DNA of 64,000 nt. It comes from Schmidtea polychroa. Its lineage: Eukaryota. Positions within the stretch are counted from its first letter, which is position 1. The number at the start of each line of letters is the position of its first letter. Position numbers and translations under genes: made by a program. The stretch covers positions 215,636,001 to 215,700,000 of the forward strand of contig CM097885.1 in the NCBI GenBank assembly GCA_044892525.1. Direction: 5' to 3'. Shown in pieces: positions 42,084-53,344 of the stretch. The notes under the pieces are model-generated. The model was not told where the DNA came from. It saw only the letters and a list, made by a program, of their open reading frames with translations, and made no database searches.

Positions 42084-43049
42084 TTTTCCTTTTTCTTAGC
42101 TTTTTATCAATTACAAGTTTCGGATTACGTTTCAGATTTTAGCGAAGTGCTTCAAAAACGTGTCTCTTGTTTTCATAAAGTGAATCAGCTAATTGCATAC
42201 TGATATAATAATAGTCTATATAAATTGTGTGACCTTATCTCAAATAATTGAGTGAATTTGTTAAATTTTAATTGTATAACATTTTGTGTGGGTCTTATAT
42301 CCTCGAATAGTTTCGCCATATAACAACGAAAAATGTTCTTCACCATTAATGAATATAATGGAAAATACACATGACTAAATTATTTCAGAAAACATTTATC
42401 TTAAATTTTTAAAAATAACATACTTTTTTGTTAACTAATTTTTCTTCCAATATTTCTTTAATGATCTCTGGATTGTCTACTGACATTTGTTCATAGATAC
42501 TGATATAATAAAATATTTCGAATTATAACATTTCTAACTAACTTTTGTCTGATTGTTTGTTCTGGTAGTGACCTGCGTTCCTGAATGTCTGAAGAATCTA
42601 AAAATGTTTATCAAAAATAAATTGTAAAATAGAAAATTCAATTCAAATTTCAATAAATACATGAATGTTGTACAGAATGTATGCAAGTTAAAGTCATTTA
42701 ATTAAAGAATTTTGGATGATCTACTTTGTAATTTTTAATATTAAAGTAACAATAAAACTAGTAGTTGAAAATTTGTGACACCCTAAAAGTAGTAAGAAGC
42801 ACAAAATTAATGCCGATCTTCTGATTGCAGAAATTTTTATATTTTTATTTTACATTTATATTTGAGTTTTTGGTACGTTGTACGAAAAAATAAGTTAATC
42901 AGCACCAAACTTTTGTTCAAATTTTGAAAATTTCTGAAAAGAGAACGCGCAGTCCATCTTGATCCGGTACTATTACGCGAAATACGCAATAAATTTAATA
43001 TAATTGATATTAGGTCGTTCCATATTTTTATCGCTTTTTCAATCATCAA

Positions 43050-43330
43050 TCAAGTTAAAATTAATTTTATTAATCAAAGTAACTACTAATAATGGCAAGC
43101 AATTATATTTATTTCACAAACATAAAATCGATGAATTGTTTGAAGACATTTTCAATGTCATCTTGATTATTGAGAGATTTCCCTTGCAAAAAGTGATCCA
43201 GATATTTAAAAATGAAAGTAGGTTAACGACAGGTCCATAAGATGAATAAGAAAGACCTTCATAACCTAAATAATTCAATTCATGTTGCTTCAAATGTGAA
43301 ACATTGTCATGAAACAAAACTGAACGCTTT
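43050..43330 (-). pseudogene. Mariner transposase C-terminal remnant
   Basis: FHDNVSH...LGYEGLSYSSYGP, a degenerate form of HDNARPH...HPPYSP. Confidence 0.55.
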
Positions 43331-44021
43331 CGATTAACTATAAAGCCGGACGTTTCAAATTCACTTTATGGTGCATTTTATCGATTTCAGTGTAGTATTT
43401 CTCAACATCAATGGTTTCACTGGGATTTAAGAATTTACAATGAAATGCATTAATTGCTTGTTACTAAACAATCCTTGTTTTCATATATAAACATATTGTT
43501 TTCTTTGTGTAAATGTGGTTTAGGAAAATTATTTTTGCGCTTCACCTGCATCAAGTTACTGTGCTGATTGCCCATGATTATAGTTAAGTATCCATTTTTC
43601 ATCGCACTTAACTATTCGATGAAGTAATAGATCATTTTGAGAGCGAAAAACCAGAGAGGAAGAAATTTTAAATCTTTAATATTTCTGATTTTTGTTGAGT
43701 TCAGACGCAACTAATTTTATGAAACCATTTCAACATACACCAAGTTTAGTGGCAACTTCTCAAACCATTATTTCGAGGATTTTGATCCACTAAATGTCGT
43801 TGCTAAAATGTCATCGACTTACCACGGTCGTCATTTTCAATGTTTGTGTTAGCGTCTTTAATATTTCAAAAATATTGAGTCCAAGTTCAAAATAAACATT
43901 AAAAAGTTTTTGTGTGTCAATATTTTACAAATATTTTCAAATACAAATATCGTAAAAATTTTACTTGAGATTATATCACTTTCAAAATTTCGAAAAACCT
44001 ATTTGACGATCTCACAACTAT

Positions 44022-44905
44022 GTGGTCCCAAAGTCGTTGTTGATTTTTGATGCAATGGCTGCACACAAAGAGCCGTCTGTTCACAAACAGATCAATAAGA
44101 CCGGTGCGCACATTGCTGTCATTCCGGGTGGCTTAACATGTAAGCTTCAGCCACTTGACATCGCTGTTAATCATCCATTCAAGTGTTTTGTCCGCAACGA
44201 ATGGGAGAAATGGATGAGTGAAGGAGAACACACATTCACACCATCAGGAAAGCAGAGACGTGCTACGTACATTGAAGTATGCAAATGGGTTCTGGCAGCG
44301 TGGCAGCAAATCAGCACTGAAACTATTCGCAATGGTTTCAAGAAGGCTGGCCTGCTAAGAGTTAGTGAAGCTAATTCAGAGCCAGCAGTAGAGGGCAGCT
44401 TCATTTCGGCCGACAATGTGAACGCTGATACTGACGATGATTATAGTGATGAAGAGTCGATTTATGAAGAGTCCCTTATTTGAAGAAGACAGTGAATATG
44501 ATACGAGTTTCGATGGCTTCACTAACTATAGCGAGGACAGTGACATTAGTGAGACTGGCGATTGATTGCGGCTGTATTGCATGCATTGTAGTCTATACGT
44601 TTCGACACTACTGGTATCGGCAAATTAGTTTAGTTGCTTACCTACTTGTTACATTTGATTACTAGTATATTAAAGATTCTCTGCCGCATCGGTACTATTT
44701 GTTTTCTTGAGGTTTATAATGAGATGTTCATAAAGCTTTCCAATGTACATTTCACAACTACACAGCGAACTATAGGAGGTTTCCGTTATGCTATGTTTAT
44801 GAGTAAAATAAATTTTGTAAACCCCGCACCTTTGTATACCCCGCACTGCTGCCATTCGTTTGGAAAAACTTGTATAACCCGCGGGTTATATGCGCGAAAA
44901 TACGG
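44022..44905 (+). mobile_element. 5'-truncated pogo-family transposon
   Basis: LIFDAMAAH...IPGGLTCKLQPLDIAVNHPFK...WVLAAW...IRNGFKKAG (pogo DDE C-terminus); right TIR ...GCGCGAAAATACGG followed by TA. Confidence 0.88.
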
Positions 44906-45500
44906 TATATTAAAACAAATAAACATTATTTATCTATGTTTAATCTATACATAGTTAAAAAAATTCAAAACTGTTCATAGGTTGTTCATAGGGTGGTTGT
45001 ATCACGATAAAGAAAATAAAAAATAATTCATCATAAGTACCCGTTCTAAAACGACTACAGCCAACTAAAAATAACAAAAATCTTCATGCACTAACATATA
45101 CAACTATCCGATACCACATTATTTCCAAAATTCAATTTAGTAAAAATTTAAGTAAAAATTATATGTTGAAATTACAGGAAAATTAGATAAATAATACATT
45201 CGATAGAGAAAAGTAGATTTTCAGATAATATTGAAAAAAAAATCATGTTATCGATAAATATTGAAAGTTATTATTTTATTAAATTCTCTTTGTCGATTAA
45301 TAATAATTATGTAATGCAACTCACATCAAACACTTGAAAAAATGTCTGTGCCAAAAATTCGCGTCAAGTATAATACAAAAGATGTGGCCTGAAAATATTG
45401 AAAATTTTCAAATATTGATAATAATTCATTGAAATTAATCTGAGAATTAAGAGTTCAAAAAAGAAGAATTACGAAAGATATAAATTAATATAAATCTTAC

Positions 45501-45780
45501 CTACAATCCGACCACTTCGATACGGAATCGGAGAGCATGTTAAATATGTTAATTTGTTTTTTCTTCTTATGTCTGGTTTTTCCGGTTTAGCAATAAATAA
45601 ATTATTGGCAACAGCATTCGAAGGTAAGGGCTTTCGTAAAATTCCTCCAACACGATTAAGTTCCAACTGATTTGGTGGAGATTCGGAATTAGAAATTCCT
45701 GAAACATTTGGACGATTAATTTCAATGGTTTTTAAAGGTGACGAACTACGGCGATTTGAATCTTCTTTTATCACAGGATT
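45501..45780 (-). CDS. Putative upstream host exon (Ser/Pro-rich), probably of the RhoGAP gene
   Basis: Acceptor TTGTTTTCAG, a 280-nt open frame and donor G|GTAAGA. Connection to the PH exons was not resolved. Confidence 0.5.
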
Positions 45781-47780
45781 CTGAAAACAAATACCACAAA
45801 ATCAATCATAAAATAAAAATTTCATTCTCATACATAGTAAAATCGTGAATTCTGAGTTACATCTGACATGTTACGAGAATATTTCGAAAATTTTCTTTTA
45901 GTTAATTTTTCTGCATCTACAAAAAATTACAATAATTTAAAATTTCTTTAAAAATTTTAAAATATAATTTACAGATTCTGAGAAAAATAAGTTTCCTAGT
46001 ATTACTGAATTATTACCGAAAAATTTTAAATATCTTTCATGTTTACATTCCAATCAAAAGAAGAAAAATAAGATCATTAACTAATGTTTTTTCAAAAGAA
46101 TTTATATTGGATGCTTCTTTTCAACATCATTGTAACCGTATTGTCCCAAAAACTTTGTCCCAAATGGATGATTGAATGGCACTTTTTTATATTTATATGA
46201 CGAATAATATAAGTTTAAATTATAAGTGACCAAAATATTAGTTATATTCAATAATTTATCATAACATCAATATTTTAAAGTTTTTTTTTGAAATATTACT
46301 AAAAGAAAGAAGTTTTTGTTGAAGGTTGTGAGTCTTTTTTATTCAATATTTTGCATACCTTATTTTATTTGACAAGATTAATACATATCCCATAAAAATA
46401 GAAAAATGATAAGATAAGAATTTATATTGAAATTTGAAACAAACACTTAATGAAACCAAGTAAAAGAGTACCAATAAGACTTAAATCCATTAAATGAATA
46501 TAGCAGTTTGATTTACTTACATATTTCGTTAAGAATTTCAAACGGCATTTTACTCGGTTTACATTTTTGTGATTTTACAGAATAGATGCAATAATTACTT
46601 ACAGTACTGTATATATTTTACAACAAAAAATTAAAATTCGTGGCTTACCGTGGCTTAAATGTAGAAATATATTTTTTAGAGTAGATATTGCAGGATATAA
46701 AACTGCAAAACTTATATCAAGTGTTTATACTTTGACTGTTATAACTGTTAAATTTCCGAAGAAATTAAAAAAATTGAATATAGGACTATTAATATCATAA
46801 TTTGTCTAAAACAATTTATAGACTAACTTATTGGTTAGAAAAAGTCAATATATAAATTCTAATTTACTAATAGACATTTTTACATAATATTTTTCTTATA
46901 AAGGAATTTGTGGAAACCATTCAAAAATTTAATTGAAAATACTTTTATTTAAAGTGCACTGAAAAGGAAATTTATTCTTAAGCACAAAAGCAATGTAACA
47001 CGCCTACGTGGTTTACATCACATCCAAACATACAAGATAAAATAGTAACTTTTAATATACCTATATTAATTTCTACATATTTTCCATTGAAATTTCAATA
47101 GTGTAAGAAAATTGTGTTTTACTTGATAATATAAAAAACTTAAATAGAAAATTAAAAATATAGTTATAATATTAATCCAAATGAGATAAGCAAACTAAAT
47201 TAAATAGTGGGAAATCGGAAAGAGTTTAGTAAGGATATTTAAATAATATAATTCGTCGGATTAAAGGCTAGCAGATTTATAAATAAATTAATTAACAAAT
47301 AAATAATTGATCCCTTAATTTTTGAAATTATGAATATATATTTTGAGTAAAATGTGTGAATCTTCCTTTATAAATGAAATATTATTTATTATGCAAGAGT
47401 ATTTGTTTATAGTATTTTATAAAACAAAATAAATGAATTTTTTATTAACCTATAACAAGAAATATTAATTTTGTTGATAAAAAACTAATACCACACATAT
47501 TTATGTACCTGTTTTTAATTGATTTGAAATGAAAAGACAAAATCCCGGGGTTGAAAATTTTCGGGATTTTTTGCAAACCCTAATCAATAGTGAGACGGTT
47601 TAAATTTAAAAATAACGACTATCAAACTTTTATAACCTGAACATACAATTGGAATAACAAAGCTATTATAAGTTTATCAGTCAAATCTTTTATTTTGAAC
47701 ATTGATCTTCATTTTTTTTAATGACTAGATCATATCTTTCTAAACATGTTATTTATATTAGTAGGTACAAGTGCGCTGCA

Positions 47781-48077
47781 TGACTCATCGTTGAACAAAG
47801 ACATATGACTCATCGATGACTCATAACAAAGAACATGACTCATACCCCACCCCGGTGAGTCATAAATGACGTCATCAATGACTCATCATACATATGACTC
47901 ATCCTGGTGACTCATCGCGCATGACTCACCCGGGTGACTCATCGCGCATGACTCATCCGGGTGACTCGTCACACATGACTCGTCCTAATGAGTCATCGCG
48001 CATGACTCATCCGGGTGACTCGTCACACATGACTCGTCCTAATGAGTCATCGCGCATGACTCATTAAGGGTGACTCA
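47781..48077. promoter_or_regulatory. Array of about 16 AP-1 consensus sites TGA(C/G)TCA, plus one CRE (TGACGTCA) and four TGACTCG variants
   Basis: Motifs counted directly; partly organised as 54-bp tandem units. Regulatory function is inferred. Confidence 0.65.
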
Positions 48078-48583
48078 TTTCAAATTTAAATTTTAAATTC
48101 AAATTTTAAAAGGGTCAAATGATGTCAAACTTCATGGGTATCATTCGAAAGGTCTTGAAGAGCTCTATCTAATGGTCATACCCTTGAAGGTTTAAGATGT
48201 ATCCTTAACTTTCAAAAGGTCGAACACCTTCAACATTTTAAAAACTATATAATATAGGTATCATTCTAAAGGTAATTCAATATGTTGTTCAATAGTCTAA
48301 ACTACCGCAACGTAATAATATTGTTAACAAATTGAAAGTAATATTAACAAAGACAATGCAGTTTTAATGCAATATTAACAAAGACCCTTCAATCCATGTG
48401 CATAATCAAACAATTACTACTACTACTACTACTGCTCNNNNNNNNNNNNNNNNNNNNNNNNNNNNNNNNNNNNNNNNNNNNNNNNNNNNNNNNNNNNNNN
48501 NNNNNNNNNNNNNNNNNNNNNNNNNNNNNNNNNNNNNNNNNNNNNNNNNNNNNNNNNNNNNNNNNNNNNNNNNNNNNNATTTA

Positions 48584-49090
48584 TTAAACAATAAAATAAT
48601 TTAAAATTAACAATGGTAATCTAAATATTGATGTACTCATATTTGCACCAATATTGTTTGAAATTGGTAACGTTGAATTGTTTTTCAGATATTCTATCGA
48701 TCCTTTGATTGTTTGAATTTCGCTTAATAATAATTCAATCTTTATTAACAAATACACATGCTTATTATGAATAATTTCCATATTCTTTTTATTTTCAACA
48801 ATTGAGTTATTGAAAACTTCAATATGATCAATCAATTTAAATTTTATATTTTGTATATATTCAAATGATAGGTCATGGCTGTTTTCTAAACTCTCCAATC
48901 TTTCGGATATTCTTTTTCCTGGATGCTTTGCCCATTTTGGTTTGTCAATAATATATAAAATATCCATCAACTTGGCGGTATTTGGACAAACACATATTGA
49001 TTTGTTAAAAGACTCCACTGTTATTGTTGTATTGTGTGAGCACACACTCGTTATAATAATAATAATTAGCAATAGAAATATAGTTTTCAT
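48584..49090 (-). CDS. Predicted secreted or GPI-anchored glycoprotein, 168 aa
   Basis: Signal-peptide-like MKTIFLLLIIIIITSVCS, at least 5 N-x-S/T sequons, a helical core and a hydrophobic C-terminus IFRLPLLILNYFIV. TATAAA lies 40 nt upstream. Confidence 0.7.
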   Translation of the reverse strand: MKTIFLLLIIIIITSVCSHNTTITVESFNKSICVCPNTAKLMDILYIIDKPKWAKHPGKRISERLESLENSHDLSFEYIQNIKFKLIDHIEVFNNSIVENKKNMEIIHNKHVYLLIKIELLLSEIQTIKGSIEYLKNNSTLPISNNIGANMSTSIFRLPLLILNYFIV

Positions 49091-49211
49091 GTTGTATCAA
49101 ATCAAAACTCATATATATTTTACATTTATAGTCTATTAACCAATCAGAATCATATTGCACACACTTCTGTAGTAGTATAAATAAAACATCATATTTTAAA
49201 TTACTGTAGAA

Positions 49212-49738
49212 ATGTCGCAACCTAATTTTATCGAAAACTTGTTAAATGAGGTCGTCAATACAGGCATTACGGAAAGCCTCAGTTACCTAATTAATCGTAC
49301 TGAAGAAATCATCAAGGGGAATCATATTGATTACCAAAACATGCTGGATATGGAGTGTCTGGAGACGAAGAAGTTCTACTTCAATAGAATATTCAATTGT
49401 CTATTCGATGACGAAATGAAGTGGACCCGAATAATTGTAGGGTTCACTTATATGAAGATTATAATTGAAAAAAGTTCATGGGACTCACAACACTATTATC
49501 AATGGTCTCAAGAAGTAATACTTTTATAATCTATATTTTAATAATATTGATTTTTTAGATAATCAAATCTAAATTTACTCCATGGATAGAAGCCAATGGC
49601 GGATGGGGTACATTGAAAAAACTCGCCCGAAATGCTAAGGAAATCGATCAGTATAAAAGAAGATTTAAAAACTTTATTAAATTTTCAACAGGTGTCGCTA
49701 TTTTCTATGTAATTTCTAGATTTTTAAATAAAAATTGA
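49212..49738 (+). CDS. Bcl-2-family protein, 160 aa, two exons (49212-49514, 49559-49738)
   Basis: BH1-like FDDEMKWTRIIVGF in exon 1. A 44-nt phase-0 GTAATA...TTTTAG intron leads in frame to BH2 PWIEANGGWG and a C-terminal tail anchor FSTGVAIFYVISRFLNKN. Confidence 0.85.
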
Positions 49739-49817
49739 TATAGTTATGTTGTTTTATTTTTTAAATAAATATATAAGAAATATTAAGAAAGTATAAGAAA
49801 TAATTAACTAAAATTTA

Positions 49818-50177
49818 TTAATTAACACATTCACAATCGTCATCTCCACATTTCATTACATTTTCAACGACATGATCAATACAATCATTCGTAATATTTT
49901 CCGTATCTTTAGGTTCATCTATAGGTTCATATATTTCCTCATCAATTTCTTGAGTATCAGTTTCTTGAGTTTCTTCTTCCTGATCATCAAATCCTGAATC
50001 TTGACTCTCAACTACCCAGCCGATATTTAATGCATTTGTAACAGATAATATGTCCTCAATTTTTACACCAGCTATTTCTGCTAATTTTTCCAACAAAAAG
50101 TTGATTAAAAATTCTAAATAATAACAAATAATTCGGTAATTAATTAATTAATCATGTTAACCTTTTTCCGCAGTCAT
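49818..50177 (-). CDS. Acidic hypothetical protein, 103 aa, two exons (50177-50162, 50113-49818)
   Basis: A 48-nt phase-1 GT-AG intron supplies the ATG (MTAEK|EFLINFLLEK...). Asp/Glu-rich, with a Cys-rich C-terminus. Confidence 0.7.
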
Positions 50178-50362
50178 TTTTATCACTTTAAAACTATATT
50201 GTAAGTTTGTTTATAGATTTTCTTTGTTAAATTTGCATGTCATTTGCATTAATGTTGCAATTTCTTTGTTAATAAAGAGAAAAACAAATATGACTAATAC
50301 ATTTATTAAATACATTAAATAGAACATTAAAATAGCTGTGAAAGTCTAGCAGACATAATTTT

Positions 50363-50740
50363 CTAAATAGGAGAATACACATCATTATTATCAACTTTAT
50401 ATCCCTGGATTGCAATTGTTATATACCAATTTTCGTTTTCTTTGAAACTGATTTCATCAAAAGAATCATAAAATCTTGCATATCTATTGTTGAACCATGC
50501 ATGTTGATTACATGCTAGATTTGAATTTAACCGTTTGAAAACATCATCAATAGTTTTAACATCTATCATTGAAAGCGTGCCGGATAAGAATTGAAATTGA
50601 GTTGGAATTAGCTTGACCGGAGCAACCAATTTCATATTGATTTCTTCTTTTAAAAAATACATTTTGTAGTTGTGGAACATTTGAACCGGTTGTACAAGTT
50701 CTTCTTTCGGTTTTTCGGTGCCTGAAATATTCTTTGTCAT
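50363..50740 (-). CDS. Hypothetical protein, 125 aa (possibly OB-fold/SSB-like; may be truncated by a TAG)
   Basis: ATG-led ORF with TATAAA 41 nt upstream. The frame stays open 11 codons past the TAG (SPI*KIMSARLSQLF). The fold assignment is speculative. Confidence 0.55.
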   Translation of the reverse strand: MTKNISGTEKPKEELVQPVQMFHNYKMYFLKEEINMKLVAPVKLIPTQFQFLSGTLSMIDVKTIDDVFKRLNSNLACNQHAWFNNRYARFYDSFDEISFKENENWYITIAIQGYKVDNNDVYSPI

Positions 50741-51183
50741 CGTGAATAATGATTAAAATGAAATGGTACAGGGTTTTTATACCTTCGAATCGTGTCTATC
50801 ATCCAATCAGATTTCAATATGTCTTTGTTTAAATTGCATTCAAAATGCATTGATGTTGCATTGTCACATGTTTTGTTATATGTTCTATTTACAGATTTAT
50901 TATTTATGTGTTTTATTATTAATGTTTTTTTACTATTAATGTTTTAATTATTACATGTTTTGTTATANNNNNNNNNNNNNNNNNNNNNNNNNNNNNNNNN
51001 NNNNNNNNNNNNNNNNNNNNNNNNNNNNNNNNNNNNNNNNNNNNNNNNNNNNNNNNNNNNNNNNNNNNNNNNNNNNNNNNNNNNNNNNNNNNNNNNNNNN
51101 NNNNNNNNNNNNNNNNNNNNNNNNNNNNNNNNNNNNNNNNNNNNNNTAACAAAAACTAAATAACATTTATTTGTTGAAAACAT

Positions 51184-51598
51184 TTAATGCACAAAGTTCT
51201 TGATATAGTGGAAATCACGAAGAGTTTTAACCAAAACCCATTCTACATATCGCTGATATCTAGCTTTGCAGCAGGAACAGCTATTGTAACATAAATATTC
51301 TGGATCCATATGTTTAATTGTTCGATTTATCTTCACATCCCACATAAATTGATGGAAAATCTCGAACATCCATATCCCCGTCGCATTGAACACCAAATCG
51401 GGGATTAATTCTGCAGGCTTGTTGTATACTGCTGCATTGATTTCTGGATAATAGAATGCTAACTTCTTTAGCATGACTGCAGCATATTCTTCTGAAAAAT
51501 ATAATATTTAAATTTGTAAACAAAAAATAAAAAAAGAAAAATTTACCATAATCATCTATTTCTTTAATTAAACGAGCTGCACTTGGAATTTTGTACAT
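51184..51598 (-). CDS. Hypothetical Cys-containing protein, 119 aa, two exons (51598-51547, 51491-51184)
   Basis: A 55-nt GTAAAT...TTTCAG intron joins ORFs 51314..51598 and 51184..51474 in frame (IDDY|EEYAAVMLKK); contains a CYNSCSCC cluster. Confidence 0.75.
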
Positions 51599-51659
51599 TT
51601 TTTTTTGAATAAATGATTTCTAAACAATAAACAGTTTGTTTAAAACAATCATTAACCAA

Positions 51660-52097
51660 TTAGAAATCGACCAATAAAAATATCTCATTCCGAACATTGT
51701 TAACAAATTCCATATACTCCAAATTTCTCACCCCAAGCATGACAACCTTTCCACTAGCAAACACATTGACACATATAGGGTTATATTTTAATAGTCTTAG
51801 TGCCGGAAACAATTCCGGTTCAAACATACAATCACATTTTCTCGACATGTTATATAGATTGATACTATGTCCCATATCCATAGTGACGGTAATTGATTGG
51901 ATTTTTATATTATTGATTCGATATTGTAGTTTATTAATATCCAAGGGTTCCTTACATCCCATGATTCTGCATTTGCCAGTCTTGAAAAATATTATTGGAT
52001 ATTTCCCGCTTCTATCGACAATTTGCTGTGGTTTTCCTGATGGAAACCTCATTTTCGAAACATCTAAATCTCCTCGATAATTTATATTTGCTAACAT
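51660..52097 (-). CDS. Compact TATA-box-binding-protein-like protein, 145 aa
   Basis: Two TBP-like repeats: IIFFKTGKCRIMGCK, and IKIQSITVTMDMGHSINL...FEPELFPAL...VNVFASGKVVMLGVR (compare TBP YEPELFPGL and IFVSGKVVLTGAK). Confidence 0.85.
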   Translation of the reverse strand: MLANINYRGDLDVSKMRFPSGKPQQIVDRSGKYPIIFFKTGKCRIMGCKEPLDINKLQYRINNIKIQSITVTMDMGHSINLYNMSRKCDCMFEPELFPALRLLKYNPICVNVFASGKVVMLGVRNLEYMEFVNNVRNEIFLLVDF

Positions 52098-52204
52098 TAT
52101 TAATTCATTTATGAAAATTTCTCTTTATATACAATTTTAGCACGAGTTCATTAAATCACCGAATATAAACAAATATATGTATATATATATTTATAAAATT
52201 TGAA

Positions 52205-52828
52205 ATGGAATTAAGAAATGATGCAGTATACCAAATCGTTGGTCCGAGTGGTAGCGGGAAAACACTGTTTGTTTGTAAATTATTACAATCAAAATTATTT
52301 AAGTCAAAATTTAATAAAATTTATTGGCATAGGGGAGCAGATGATGAAAGCGGAATGACACAAGATCAGTTTTGTAAAATCAAAATGACAATCATAAAAG
52401 GTTTCGATAAAAACTGGTCATCTAGATTACGACAGGGTGATGTGATTATTATTGATGATTTGTATCAAGAAGCAAATAAAGAAAAGGATTTTAATAATTT
52501 ATTTACAAAAATTAGTAGACATAAAGGTGTCACTGTAATTTTTATCACTCAAAATCTTTTTCATCAAGGTGGATCTCATCGAACTCGTAATTTGAATGTT
52601 CAATATTTAGTTATTTTCAAGAACCCTAGAGATGCAACAGTGATTGATTTTCTTGCACGTCAAGCATACCCTAACAATCGAAATTTCTTAATGAATGCAT
52701 TTGCCGATGCAACAAAATCCCCACATGGATATATTTTTCTAGATTTTACACAACAATGTCTTGATGAATTACGAGTAAGAACAGATATATTTAACAAGGA
52801 AGGAGCTATAGTATATAAACAAAGTTAA
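52205..52828 (+). CDS. A32/FtsK-like genome-packaging ATPase, 207 aa
   Basis: Walker A GPSGSGKT, Walker B VIIIDD, SRH arginine motif and FITQN. Confidence 0.93.
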   Translation: MELRNDAVYQIVGPSGSGKTLFVCKLLQSKLFKSKFNKIYWHRGADDESGMTQDQFCKIKMTIIKGFDKNWSSRLRQGDVIIIDDLYQEANKEKDFNNLFTKISRHKGVTVIFITQNLFHQGGSHRTRNLNVQYLVIFKNPRDATVIDFLARQAYPNNRNFLMNAFADATKSPHGYIFLDFTQQCLDELRVRTDIFNKEGAIVYKQS

Positions 52829-52849
52829 AACCAAAATAAATTATCAATC

Positions 52850-53344
52850 ATGTTACTAAAAACTCGTGTAAAGACAACAAAAAGGAAACCTAAAAAATTG
52901 TCTAAAAAAGTTAAGATTCCACCAAAAACTAGTTTCACACCATCGAAAAAATTGCTTATTGATAATATTCCACCGAGTAATCGTATTCCACCGAGTAATC
53001 ATACTAATCGTAATAATTCTCATCGTAGTTTTCCGTTTTTCATTGCATTACTTAAGGCTCCCAGTATGAGAAGAATGAATATTTTGCAGTCTTTTCCAAA
53101 CTATGTTATTGATTATTTACTTGATATTTTAATTAAAGTTGTTAAAGGTAAATTCCGTATAAGTACATCAAATAAAACGATTTTGAACAGGCACAAGAAA
53201 CCATTATTATCACTAGTAAATACAAAAAATAAAAAACGTATGCGTAAAATCATATATAAACAACAAGGAGGTTTCATTGCAGCCTTGATACCAATAGCAT
53301 TATCTTTATTAGGAGGTGCAGGGTTATTAGGGAGATCATCATAA
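52850..53344 (+). CDS. Basic virion core / pX-like protein, 164 aa
   Basis: Lys/Arg-rich N-terminus; QQGG-F protease-site-like motif before a hydrophobic C-terminal helix IAALIPIALSLLGG; typical Polinton position next to the ATPase. Confidence 0.7.
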   Translation: MLLKTRVKTTKRKPKKLSKKVKIPPKTSFTPSKKLLIDNIPPSNRIPPSNHTNRNNSHRSFPFFIALLKAPSMRRMNILQSFPNYVIDYLLDILIKVVKGKFRISTSNKTILNRHKKPLLSLVNTKNKKRMRKIIYKQQGGFIAALIPIALSLLGGAGLLGRSS

